From: Entomortierella parvispora E1425
Taxonomy: Eukaryota; Fungi; Mortierellomycota
Direction: 5' to 3'
Assembly (NCBI GenBank): GCA_020891255.1
Contig: BQFW01000014.1
Location: 1,116,001-1,180,000 of the forward strand
Length of the DNA stretch: 64,000 nucleotides
Positions 20,554 to 31,972 of this stretch are shown here, one piece after another; position 1 is the first letter of the stretch; each line of letters begins with the position of its first letter. The notes below the pieces were generated by a model. That model did not search any database, was not told where the DNA came from, and worked only from the letters and a program-made list of their open reading frames with translations. The position numbers and the translations under genes were made by a program.

Positions 20554-21643
20554 ATGTCTTCGTTCCCAAGAACAGTCAAGGGTTTCTTTGCCCTGGGACC
20601 CGCCCGGTTCTTCCGCCAGCTCAACAACATTGGTGACACCAAGGTCGGAACCTTGGTCGGCACCGACAAGTTTGGCAACAAATACTACGAGAACTTGAAG
20701 GAGTCCTATGGTAAATGAACCAGGACATCTCATCGTCCCAGCCCCTCCACCATTCCATCTCCTCTTCTCTCGACCGGATTGGGCTCAAAGGGCGAGAGAC
20801 ATCATGAGGACAGAGAAACGGGAGATTGATTAGCCCAAACAGCCCGTGCCAGGAATCCCTATCGACCTTGATGTTTTCTCGTCCCTCCGAATTGGATGGG
20901 AGTTGTCGGAGAAGGGGCCTTCATCTTGAGGAAAACTCGGGATGAGTGCACGATCGGACGGAATTCAGGAGCCTTCAACAAGCACATGTGCAGATCGATG
21001 TCAATGAACTCGGCCGACTCGTTACATCGATTCATGGGCTTGTTACCACACGTCTTTGAACAGGAAAACAGAGGACTGGATCCACTATCAAGTACCTTGG
21101 AACTAAAACAAACCCGTCTTTTTTTTTCTTTTTTTTTTCAGGTCGTACCCGTTGGATCCAGTTCGCCAAGGAGGATTCTTTCTTCAGCAGAGCCGAGGCC
21201 AACGCCTCTCAGGTCCCTGCTGAGTGGTGAGTTTCACGGACATTGAGAATTTAAATTGGGGTATAGACAGACTTGGATTCTTTTGGCTGACATCCTGTTC
21301 TTTGTTACCTCAACTTGTTTCCCAGGCACGGATGGTTGCATCGCATGTTAGATGCTCCCCCTACCACCGACAAGTCGATGGTCATCCCCAAGTGGGCAGT
21401 CGAGTACACCGAGAACTTGACCGGCTCGGCCAAGGGTAAGGAACAATATCAATTTAGAAAATGAACTACGACAATATGCGATGCCCTTTTTTTGGTCATT
21501 GCCACAAAAGACGATAGGGTCTGCAGTGAACATTAGAACTCATGGCTTTTTTTTTTTTTTTTGTGCCTGTAGCCTTCAAGACCTACAATACCACTCGCCC
21601 CAAGTTCGTGGCCTGGACTCCCAAGGCCGCTCCCCGCGCTTAA
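20554..21643 (+). CDS. NDUFA12: Complex I accessory subunit NDUFA12 (B17.2/N7BM), 4 exons
   Basis: Spliced product reads GTLVGTDKFGNKYYE...GRTRW...SQVPAEWHGWLH...ENLTGS...AFKTYNTTRPK. Confidence 0.92.
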
Positions 21644-21976
21644 ACGGAACTTTTGAAACGATCATGTCGACCCAATAGCCTGGGCATCTTGTACAGGCCG
21701 CACACTACCTCCCCCCTCCCCCCTTCTCATAGCAGACACGCGATCCCCCCTTACCCCACATCTTCTAGCCTGAAGGTGATCCCTAGAATTATTATAAAAA
21801 AGGCTATGGCTTTGCAATAAACACATTCAATTCCAAAAGATAACTCTTGTGTGGACAAAGCTATCGAACAGGTTGTTTGACAACACGCGGATGCAGTGTA
21901 TCAATTTCACTTTTTTATTATTCAAAATGCCAAGGAAATGCACAAATGACTGTCGAGAAAGACAGGCAGGAGAGAG

Positions 21977-23571
21977 CTACTTGTCCTTGTTGGAAACAGT
22001 TTTGCTCTTGAGTTTGGGGACTGGGGGTGGTGGAGGATCTGCCAAGGATTGAAGCACAAATGCCGAAGACGCCTAAAATATCAAGAAGGACATGGGGATG
22101 TTAGTTCTTTTTAAAAGAACAAAAAGGAGGCACATACTCTCTGTAAAAACAAATTGTCGTTGGTCATTTTTTTTACCTGTGCCAAGCCAAAGATCGCTAC
22201 ACCAATGATAGGAATACTTGTGCCGACATAGAACACGACGCCGAATCCCAAGAGTACACTCTTTCTGTAATTGAACCACTTTCGCTTTTGATAATGGGAC
22301 ATGCCAATCCGAATAAAGTATGGGTCCAACAGCTCACGGGTCAAGGTCCTGCATCCAAAGAATCCCTTGAGCAGATAGATCGAGACACTTCTTGGCAACA
22401 AGAACGAGGTCACTGCAAAGACGACAGCCAAGGGTTTGGATCCAATGGACTGGATCGTCGACAGGAAGGACGCGATCGGAAACGCGAATCGGCCAATGAT
22501 CGGGACCCAAGAAAGGACCAAGAACAACAGACCCCACTTTAGTCTCTTCCACGTCCTGCGCATGTACCGCCACATCTCTTGCCAATGTCGAACCCGATAA
22601 GGATAGGCCAAAAGGGCGGGCGCAAAAGGACCACGATGGTCCATCACATAGAGCGAAGGGGCGGAAGGATCCAAGGTGGACAGACCTTGAGCCTGTTCCA
22701 TCTTTGCATGCTCGTGCTCCTGGATCAACAGATGGTCCGAATACACCAACGCGTCCACAAAGATGTCATCCAGTGGTTGAGGATACAGGTAACGCAAGAA
22801 CAGTAGACCAATCAAGGGAATGGAGCTCATCAGCTCGTGTGCCTTGTTGGAAAAGATCTCGAGACCGCGCTGCGAATCTGACGTATCCGTGTCCATGGCA
22901 AAACTCATCACTCTCAGCAGACTGCCGATCGCCGCCACGGGCAAGAAGAATAGGATCTGGGTGACCAAATGGGCGATCAGCGTGAAGAGCAAGAGTCGAA
23001 GCAGAGTCTTGTACAATCGTCCGTTTCGAAAGTCTGGGTTCGTCAACGCAATGAAACATCCCTCCAGGGCCAATCCCACGCCCTTGAGGAACTCTTTGGG
23101 CTGAATTGGAGACCGCAACTGATAACTCTGAGTGGCCTTCTTTTGTCCAGGCACTTGAGACGCATTGACCCCTTGGATGTTTTGCTTGTGAGGGTGTGGA
23201 CTGACTTGGAAGGCCCCGATTTGATGGTCCAGAGGATTGCTTCCAGAGGCCTGACCGTTGGAGGAACTGCTGTGGTCGTGTGAGGGAGGCGATGAAGGCG
23301 AATGAACGTGGGGTTCATGTTCGTCGTCAGGGTCAATGTCTGAATTGTCATGGACGTCTGCCGTGGCAGCACCTGCACGGACACGCGATGGTGGTGGGTA
23401 TTGAAGTGGGTTATAGTCATCGGGCAGACCGAGATGCGTCGAGGATGCACTCGAGCTCGATCGACGCGCACTCGACGAGAGAGGTGAGGTCGGCGCCAGG
23501 GGTGAGATAGGAGACGTGGGTCCTGACGACCTGTGTCGCGAGTATGGCGGTGGCCCTTGCGAGGTCTGCAT
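21977..23571 (-). CDS. EI24-domain/UsgS-like multi-pass membrane protein (exons 23571-22177, 22072-21977)
   Basis: Long ORF with a Ser/Pro-rich N-terminus, then hydrophobic helices, LTRELLDPYF and the C-terminal GLAQ|ASSAFVL pattern typical of EI24-like fungal proteins. Confidence 0.6.
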
Positions 23572-24006
23572 GGTCGCGAGGAAGGGGCGAGAAAGAGCGA
23601 GGAGAAAGGATGAGGAAAGTGAACGTATCAAGAGGAAAGTGAACGTATCAAGAGCAAAGGAACGAAAAGGGCCTTTTAAGGCATTGCCAAGCCAAAGAAC
23701 AATGAAAAAAAAAACCGCTGTGCTCAGCCATAAAGTGAACATGGCTGCTCTCAAGCCAAGTCGTTGGCCGTCACCGTCGTAGTCGTCGTCAAGGCTCTCC
23801 CGCGTTAGTCAAAAGACCCGAACCTGATCTGCATCTGTGTCTGCATCGGCTCAATGTCAATTCTCATTTCCTGCTCCTCGTTGCATCCCGACCTGCCGAG
23901 GAAAAAGAAGGACCTGTTGTTGTATTTCCAATGCAGTCGTTTATTTGTTACTCTTGATAATGCAGAATCAGTGCTGCCCTCTGCCTCGTCCAAAGGGTCC
24001 ACCCTG

Positions 24007-24617
24007 TTAAAGGAATACCGGATCTAATGGCTCTACCCGCACATTCTCCCAATCTGCTCCTTCGTCCAGTTCTTCGTCCAATCCTCCGATGAGGGCTCTA
24101 TTGTAATATCAAACGAAATGGTCAGCATGATGCGAAAGAGAGGGGACACGCCACGATGTTTTTTCCAAGAGAAAATAGCCAATATAAAACGTACATGGTC
24201 TCTCCTCTCACGACATATACGCCAATTGGCACTGACTTCATGCCCTCTGAAGAAGAAAATATCCTCTCGTGTGTTTGGCTGAGGATAACATTGGCTGCCT
24301 GGTCATATCCGGTGAGTTGACCCTAAAGAAAAAGAAAACAGAATCGCCATGATGAGTCTATCTCGCCTCTACTCAAACTGAAGCATGTCCAGTAAAGACT
24401 ACCAAGAGACAACACCAAGAGACAACATACCACCAGGGTCCGTCCGTCGGTCAAGTATACGAATACGGGCTCTAGCAGGTGGTGATGGATAAGAGATGGG
24501 TGGGTGAGAATGCCGCCTTTTCCTTCCTTGACGCAGTAATTCCCCGAGGATTGATATTCTGGCGCGCTGACAAACAGGAGACATACTGTCAACAAGTTCC
24601 TTCAATAAATCAGACAT
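24007..24617 (-). CDS. LSM8: U6 snRNA-associated Sm-like protein Lsm8 (4 exons). Only partly visible in the ORF track.
   Basis: Manual splicing gives MSDLLKELVDKPVFVYLTDGRTLVGQLTGYDQAANVILSQTHERIFSSSEGMKSVPIGVYVVRGETIALIGGLDEELDEGADWENVRVEPLDPVFL*. Confidence 0.9.
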
Positions 24618-25285
24618 TGTGTGTTGTAATGTGAATCTGAGTGAGAGTGTGTATGTGCAAGGGTCGAATGAGCAGGTCCTTTGGAGGGTCGGGCGTGCTC
24701 TGTAGTCAGCAGGGTGATGGTTCCTTGTAGAGCCTGTGTGTCTGCAGGGCGCGTATTTCTAAGGTAGAGAATGGAACTGAATTGAATATGTCGAGAGCGT
24801 TGTCCTGCGGGTGATGGTGATTCCTGGAAGCAAAGCCGAGTCCTTGCGGGTGATGGATGCGTAGCGTTGAAGTAGAGTGAAAGAGAGAGAGAGAGAGAAG
24901 AGAGGAAGACGCGAGCCAGTCAGCAAGGACATGCATGCATGTGAGTGTCCTCCATCCCCCCCCCCTCTGGCGCCCTGTGATGCGCTGTAAACAAATTCAA
25001 GCCACCGTCCCAGTCTCGACTTTCTTTTGTCGCTTCTTGCACCCAAAGGGGGAAAAGGGTTCTCTCGCAACTGCTCCGCCTTTGTGTATATCTCTCTCTT
25101 CCTTCTCCTCTCCCTCCTTTCCCTCTCCTTCCTCTTCCTTCCCTCACCCCACCCGCATTACCTTCCATCCATCCTTTCACACAGTCCCCAACACCCATTC
25201 ATTCATACACTCATTCGTGCCCAGAGAATCCTCTGCGCCCACCCCCAGAAACCGAAAACACCGAAAAATAATATTATAGAACACA

Positions 25286-26465
25286 ATGAGGAAAAAGTAC
25301 AAGACCAAGTTCCCTGTGGTACGTCCTCCTCTCTTTCCTCCTCCCTTTCCTCCTCCCTCTCCTCCTCCCGCAGCATTCGAAGCTCGGCATCCTTTGTTGC
25401 CGTACCCTCAAGGACTTTTTCTCAAAAGCGCTCTCACTTCGTTGCATGAAACTCAAAACAACTCATGTTGAAAAACAAGTCCCTCATTGGAAACAATCTG
25501 ATCGCGTGGCATCACGGCAACGTGTTGCAATAAGGACTTGGCCTAGGCCCGTTTTGAAATAAGGAAAATTAACCCGCCATTTTTGTTCTTTTCTTTTTCT
25601 TTCCTCGTTTTCTTCATGGTTTCTTTTGGTGCTTTTGTGGATGATAAATTAGGCCCGCATCAAGAAGATTATGCAGATGGACGAGGATGTTGGCAAAGTC
25701 GCCCAGGCAACACCTATTCTCATTTGTAAGATTTGTTTTTCTGTCAAAAGGGGGGAGGAGATCTATGGATCCAATAGCAGGAAACAAACGGAGGTGGGAA
25801 GATTCTACTGGTTTTCACTTTGCTAACCTGGACGTAACATTCCTGTTGTTCTCTTTGTTAGCCAAGGCACTTGAGCTCTTTATGCAATCTCTGATCGACG
25901 AAGCATGCCTGGAAACCCGGGCCAAGAACGCAAAACGACTCACGGCGGCTCACCTGTAAGAACAAAGGAACATTTTTTTTCTGTGCGTGCTGGTGTGTGT
26001 ATGGCGTTTGTGGCGTCTGTAGGTCGATGTCTGTGGGTGTGTGTCTGTGAACCTGAGAACTGATGGGTTGATTTGTTGTTTTTGTCTTCCTAGTAAAAAA
26101 ACGATTTTGGACAAGGATCAATTTGATTTCTTGCGAGACATTGTTGAAAACGTCGCGGATCCTCAAGGAGGCGGCTCAAATTCAGGCGCAGGCGCAGGCG
26201 CAGAGGAAGGTGGTAGCAGCAGTAGTAACGGAAGCTCCAAAAAGGATGTCAAGATGGAGGACGCTGGCATGGCTGAGGCTGATTTCGCAGGAGCAGTCGC
26301 TGCTGCAAGGAGGAAAAAGGCGTAAGGAAGACACTCTATGGAAGGAGCATTGGATACGCTGCAATGTTCTCAGAATTGACCTTTCTTTTTGGGCCTTGCC
26401 ATCTCTTTACCAATTTTCTTAGAAAACCTGCCGTCAAGGATGAGGACGAGGATTACGACAACTAG
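25286..26465 (+). CDS. BUR6: Negative cofactor 2 alpha subunit (DRAP1/Bur6), histone fold
   Basis: KFPV|[37 protein letters not shown]...AAHL|KKTI...FDFLRDIV. Confidence 0.92.
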
Positions 26466-26705
26466 AACAGAAACAAAGAAAAAAAAATACAGGATTCATC
26501 TTTGGACTTTTTTTTTTTATTCTTGTGCGGAGACCCCCTGCTAACAAAGAAAATAAACACGGAATGTAACAACAGCACAATCGGTAAAGCCCGGATCAAA
26601 TCTGTACAAGTGTCTTTGTATTTCGGGGAAAGACAGCAAAAAAATATTTACATGTGGAAATCAGAAAGAAGGAGGGGAAGGACTCTCTCTCTCTCTCCAA
26701 TCACT

Positions 26706-29408
26706 CTAGGGGGAGAAACATGAGGGCTCGAGGCAGGACTGATTGACCTCCCACCGTCGACTCTCGTCAAGTGAGCAGGCGTTTCTTCGGTTGGACATGA
26801 ACTCTTCGTCCTCCTCATCGGCTTTGGTCAGAGACTCGCCCACAAAGACTTGAACATAGGGGCTGGACGGGTCTTGCTCGGCCAGATGATCCTCTGTCGA
26901 CTTTTCTTCGTCAAAGTTCAGGGCATCAATGTCGACCTCAACCTCTGGACTCAGATTAGGGACCCAAGCGTGGACGAGAATCATACCGGCGAGACCAATA
27001 CCGACAAAATAGACCGAAGGCATATCCCAGCATTCTGTCAGAGTCATCAAAATCGTCAAACTCAATGCGGATCCTCCGAGCAAGAGACTTAACACCAATC
27101 CAATCCAGTAGGCTCGGTCGTGCACTTCCTCTTCGATTAGGGGAGAAACGGACTCGTAACGAGCGGCAACATGCTGATCCCAAAGCTGCTGGTACAACAG
27201 TCGGGATTGAGCCAGACCGACAAGGATACCACCGAGACTCAGGGCAATGGCAAAGATCATCAGATCGGTCCAACCGTCAACGTAGGTAAAGACTTGGCCA
27301 CGCGTATGGTCGTGGAGACCCTTGGATCCTCGCATGGACGCCTGTCCAAAGAGTGGACGATCTTGATTGACTACAAGAGCCCGAGGGGACTCCTCTGCAG
27401 GCCCTCCAAAGAGGAGTCGCCGAATCGTCTGGATGGGGTTTCGGAGGAAGGAGCCGGCCCGACGGAATCTGCAGGGGACAATGTTCTTTTCCTCTTCAGT
27501 CAACGTATCCTGAACAAAAGGCTCGAACTTCTTGGCTTGGTCTGGGGTCTCGTCCTCAGACTCGAGTCGAAGCAAGAAATCACGGAAAACATGCTCATCT
27601 TCAGGGTCCATGGTCATAGCCTGGAGATTGTCGGGATCGAACGCATCCTCTACCAAATCATCTGGGATCTCTTCATCCTCCTCTGCTTCCTGTTCCTCCT
27701 GCTTCGACGCCTCAGTGGCAGAGCGCTTGTTCAAGAAGACAATGTCGGTTCGGAACGTCTCAATGGAAGGCCGCTCCTCATTCGTAAAGCCGACACGTTC
27801 GATTACGGTCCAACCATCTTTGCCCTCCACTCCTTCAATAGCCTCATCCATATCGAGCATAGTCACCATCGTCTCCATAAACTGTGCTTCCTCCTCCGCT
27901 TCCTGCTCGAGTCTATGAATCTCCTCTAGTGCCTGTGAACTGTGCTCCTTTGCCTGTTGTTGATGCGGTTCTGGAATGACAAATCCTCCAATGCGGAGAT
28001 TCTTCATGAATGCCGAAGGAGATGGGAAGACAAGATCGTCTCCCTGCGCCGCCGATACTTCTTCCTTCAACAAAACTCCATCCTTGTGCAAGGGCTTTTC
28101 TCGTGGAACATGAATAGGTCCCTCCTCGTCCTGAAGAGCAGGCCTGTAAAGATCTGCCGCTCGAAGGTCTCCACTTGTTCTATCCACCTTGTTAAAACCA
28201 AGGGGTGAAGATACGGCCATCAAGAATGTCCAGGCCAGGAGACTGCCCAACAAAATAGATCGTGGCTTGGGAAGAACTGACCGGACGACCTTTACAGTGA
28301 CCTGCTCCACTTCGAGATTGACCTGCTGTTGTCCATTGTCCATTGGCATCTGCTGAACAACTGGTTCACTTGCTTTCTCATTCTGGGCCATGAGACACTG
28401 ACCCTCAGAGCAGCACGGCGTTCCGAGATCCACTTCCTGTAGCTGGCTCTCTGATCGAGGCGAGACTAAAGTCAGGGGCAAAGTGGGCGGTGCCGCAAAC
28501 TGGGACCAGTTCTGGGATTGAGAACAGCAACGATGACAAGGCGAAGAGGAGACAGACGACGAGGAGGCCGCATCTGAAGGTGAAGTTGGAGTAGAGGCAT
28601 CCAAAGACAAGGGCCCATACCCATGAGGGTATCCTCTCCAAGATCGCCAGACGCTCTGAATGGCCAGGATCGTTGGGCACGATGAAATCATGGATGCATG
28701 CACACTATGGTTGTTGTTGTTGGAGTGGTTGTTGTGTCTACTCGGGAATCGACAGACGCCCCTCCATCCTGCAGCCATGGCGGCAGCCGCAGTACGCGCA
28801 TTTCCTCCTCGTCCTCCGCAGGGAGTATCATAAGCACATACGTCATTCAGGATCGATGCCTCTGCTCCGCGTGCAGCAGCCGCTCGCCGTTTCTTCCACA
28901 GTTTGAACGGGCACTGAAAGGCAGACTCTTCCAAAACACTCATGATCTTGAACAAGGCCAGAGGGATCATGACACCAATACTAGGGAGTAGAAGGATCCA
29001 GGCAGCATTCAGGAAACAACCATCACCATCCTGTTCGCTCAAGGAAGATCCTTCCCACCGAGCCGTATGAGGGGACGGGGACTGAGCTCGGTGTTGTTGT
29101 TGTTGTTGAGCAGTGTAGGCTGTGATGGCCGAGGCCAAAAAGGGAAGAATTGAGGGCAGCAGAAATAAGGATCCTGCAGTCAATATATCCATATGTCTGG
29201 AAAGAGATTTCAAAAGTTGTTCCGTTTGTGAATCTTGTCCTCCGTCCACTGCCTCATGACTCTCGTTGGATAAGAGCAAGTGAAGAGCCTCCTCCTCTTG
29301 TCTGTTGCTATTGGTATGGTTGGCTGTAGCTGCTGCTGACTTGAACGGGTGCCAGGTCCCGCAAGCAGAGACGCAGGACATGACCAATGCTCGTGCAGAA
29401 GGACACAT
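26706..29408 (-). CDS. Orphan multi-pass membrane protein (~900 aa, intronless)
   Basis: Part of a 1013-codon open frame; likely start is MCPSARAL at 29408. Several hydrophobic segments and a large acidic central region. No family recognised. Confidence 0.6.
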   Translation of the reverse strand: MCPSARALVMSCVSACGTWHPFKSAAATANHTNSNRQEEEALHLLLSNESHEAVDGGQDSQTEQLLKSLSRHMDILTAGSLFLLPSILPFLASAITAYTAQQQQQHRAQSPSPHTARWEGSSLSEQDGDGCFLNAAWILLLPSIGVMIPLALFKIMSVLEESAFQCPFKLWKKRRAAAARGAEASILNDVCAYDTPCGGRGGNARTAAAAMAAGWRGVCRFPSRHNNHSNNNNHSVHASMISSCPTILAIQSVWRSWRGYPHGYGPLSLDASTPTSPSDAASSSSVSSSPCHRCCSQSQNWSQFAAPPTLPLTLVSPRSESQLQEVDLGTPCCSEGQCLMAQNEKASEPVVQQMPMDNGQQQVNLEVEQVTVKVVRSVLPKPRSILLGSLLAWTFLMAVSSPLGFNKVDRTSGDLRAADLYRPALQDEEGPIHVPREKPLHKDGVLLKEEVSAAQGDDLVFPSPSAFMKNLRIGGFVIPEPHQQQAKEHSSQALEEIHRLEQEAEEEAQFMETMVTMLDMDEAIEGVEGKDGWTVIERVGFTNEERPSIETFRTDIVFLNKRSATEASKQEEQEAEEDEEIPDDLVEDAFDPDNLQAMTMDPEDEHVFRDFLLRLESEDETPDQAKKFEPFVQDTLTEEEKNIVPCRFRRAGSFLRNPIQTIRRLLFGGPAEESPRALVVNQDRPLFGQASMRGSKGLHDHTRGQVFTYVDGWTDLMIFAIALSLGGILVGLAQSRLLYQQLWDQHVAARYESVSPLIEEEVHDRAYWIGLVLSLLLGGSALSLTILMTLTECWDMPSVYFVGIGLAGMILVHAWVPNLSPEVEVDIDALNFDEEKSTEDHLAEQDPSSPYVQVFVGESLTKADEEDEEFMSNRRNACSLDESRRWEVNQSCLEPSCFSP

Positions 29409-30838
29409 CGTCAGTAGGAAAGAGGAGGGGGGGAATTGACCTCTGGCGAGCCGAACGTGTGGAGAAAGGAAGAGAGATAAAGTCGGCTTTTCAAAGAGTG
29501 GCCAAGATGTATGAGATAGAGTCGTAAGGAGTGAAGTAAGAGAAGATGCCAAAAGTGATAAGCACAGAGAAGATGAAGGCAATAAAAACAAGAAAGACAA
29601 AAAAATGAAGGTATAGGAGGGCAAAGCAAAGGAAAGAGGGATCAAAGCCTGAGAAGAAATGAGAGGAAGGCGGTTTTTATACCGATCAATTGGGGCAGGT
29701 TGGTCGGTCGAAAACAAGCATACGCCTTTTTGCTGGAATGCAAACATGGGCGTGTCTATGTGAGTTTGTTCCGGTGGGTGTCATGTCAAAGAGACCTGAT
29801 ATTCCAAAGTCCTCCAACGTGCCATTGTCCTTTCTTCTTTTCTTTTTTTCCTTGGTTGCACATCCCCAAGACTCGACCACAATCGACCCTTTCCCCCTTT
29901 ATCTTTTTTGCTTTTCCCTTCAGAAAAACCCTGTTTGTGTATCGGTGTTGGCCTTTTTTTGCAGAAAAGGGACTGTCTTGGGCCAAAGGGGATGCCAATT
30001 TATCCCGTAATCTGTCACTGCCTCGACCGGTGAGAAGGCAAAGAGGAGACAGGGGAGAGGTAGGTAAAATGCAAAAAAAAAAAACGACAGGGGTGCAAGG
30101 CAGGCAAGAAATCGCGTGCGCAATAGGCAGTTCACAGCTGCGCTTGCCCTTTATTTGCTTTCCATGGTCATGGTAAGATGGAGCTGATCAGTCAGTCATT
30201 TTTACACCCTGCGCCCGGCATTGAGATTGTCTCCTCTTGTCCAGCCCAGGAAGGTCAAGATCAAAATAAAAATAGCCCCATTCTGCCCTGTGTTGCGCGA
30301 CAAGAGTGTGAGTAGGGGGGCGTCGCGCACAGGTCATCCGGAGTGTCGCCAGGACAAACAAGAACACGTCTCCTTAGCCCTGGCATTTTCTTTGCCCAGT
30401 CTTCCCACCGAGCCTGCGGCCCCTTCTCTTCCTCTTTTGTCGGACAGTTTCTGCAGAGTGCATCGCCGTATCCAGATGATGGAAAAAAAGGGCGAAAAAA
30501 AGGGCAGTGCACACGCTTTGGCATTATTTTTTTGTTGTTGGACGGTAAGAAAGGGGTGCACAGCACTTGTTTGGACGTGTACCTGAGAACGGCGTGGGCA
30601 TATTATAGTCACCAGATAGAAACCTCGACGCGTCCATGATCGTTTGGTAGAGTTGTTTATTGTACAGGTATATTGGGAAAGGGCAAAGAGGAAAAAAAGT
30701 ACATTCTCGTACTGGAGAAAGGAGTACGTGATGGGTAAGGAACATAAGAAGAGCGAGACAGGTACATGAAAGGGAATAGAAAGAGGTACATGGATATAAA
30801 AAGAATCTCAAGGAGATAAGAAGGAGGGCCGGAAAAAG

Positions 30839-31972
30839 TTACAGGGCAACTGTCGCAAGGATGAACATGGCTACACAGACATTGGGTCCCAGCAACAATG
30901 CCAAACCAGAAACGGAGAAGACGGTTCCAAAGATGTCAAAGGTCTTGGACTCTGGCTGAATCACCCATTGGAAGACCTTCATCTGAGAGCCCAACAAGGC
31001 CAGGATCAAGCATGCCAGCTTGAGCAATTGCGCCTTGGAGTAATGCATCTTCTTTGTTGAAGCGGTACGAGATGAAGAAGAGATAGAGGACAGAGTCGTG
31101 GCGTCCTTTTCCTTTTCGGTTTTAGTGTCGTTAACGTTGCGAGACATTCCGTCCTCCAAGAGCTGATCCTCCACCTCCTCAAACTCTTTGTAGAGCTCGC
31201 GTTCCATGACAGTACTGCTGGCAGTCAAGAGTCCAGTGGCCAAACCCAGAGCACCAACGGCGACTACCAACATCACGGTCAAAGGAGTAATCATTTGACG
31301 GATCTTTGCCTTGACTTCAAAGGAGACATCGATGGCGTTGGAGTCGTCCATGGCCTCAGCCACCTGGTCCATGCCTTTGGTCGACCTTTTCAACTCAAAG
31401 AGATCCCTTTGCACCTCATCCGCGGCAGAGATCATGATCCAGAAGCTGTAAAATATCCATTGACTGACTTGAATTCCTCTCTTGGCCGAAATGTACCGAG
31501 AGAACCAGCGGCGGGAGGCCATCCACACTGAGCTTGCCAACATGGTGCTCAGCCAAACCAGGACAGGCAACCAAGTTGAAATTATCAGGAATTTCCAGTG
31601 ATGGCCATGGTGGCCGTGAAAATGGTGGCGATGATGACCAGAGTGAGTCGCGGTGCTGTCCATTGCACCTCCTGTGTGATTTGACCCTTGGTTCTCATAG
31701 TACGGACGGTAAGGTGACTGTTGTGAACTATGATCGAAAGGAGTCCTCATGAACTGAAACTGACTAGCTCTGTTGAGGATGTACAGTTGCCGGCTTTGAT
31801 ACACCACCAGGCCAACAGCAGACCCCATGAGGGCTGCACTGGAGAGCGAAAAGGCCGTGAGGAAGAAGAGCTTGCGAGACAGCTTTTGTTGGTGTTTTGC
31901 GGGTTGGACTGGGGACAATGGCAGCGCCACTGCGCCCTCGTTGTCTTGGACAGATTGATATGAAAGGTTCAT
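30839..31972 (-). CDS. Orphan multi-pass membrane protein (~377 aa) with a His-rich loop
   Basis: ORF from MNLSYQSVQD with about 5-6 hydrophobic segments and HSGHHRHHFHGHHGHHW. Confidence 0.6.
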   Translation of the reverse strand: MNLSYQSVQDNEGAVALPLSPVQPAKHQQKLSRKLFFLTAFSLSSAALMGSAVGLVVYQSRQLYILNRASQFQFMRTPFDHSSQQSPYRPYYENQGSNHTGGAMDSTATHSGHHRHHFHGHHGHHWKFLIISTWLPVLVWLSTMLASSVWMASRRWFSRYISAKRGIQVSQWIFYSFWIMISAADEVQRDLFELKRSTKGMDQVAEAMDDSNAIDVSFEVKAKIRQMITPLTVMLVVAVGALGLATGLLTASSTVMERELYKEFEEVEDQLLEDGMSRNVNDTKTEKEKDATTLSSISSSSRTASTKKMHYSKAQLLKLACLILALLGSQMKVFQWVIQPESKTFDIFGTVFSVSGLALLLGPNVCVAMFILATVAL

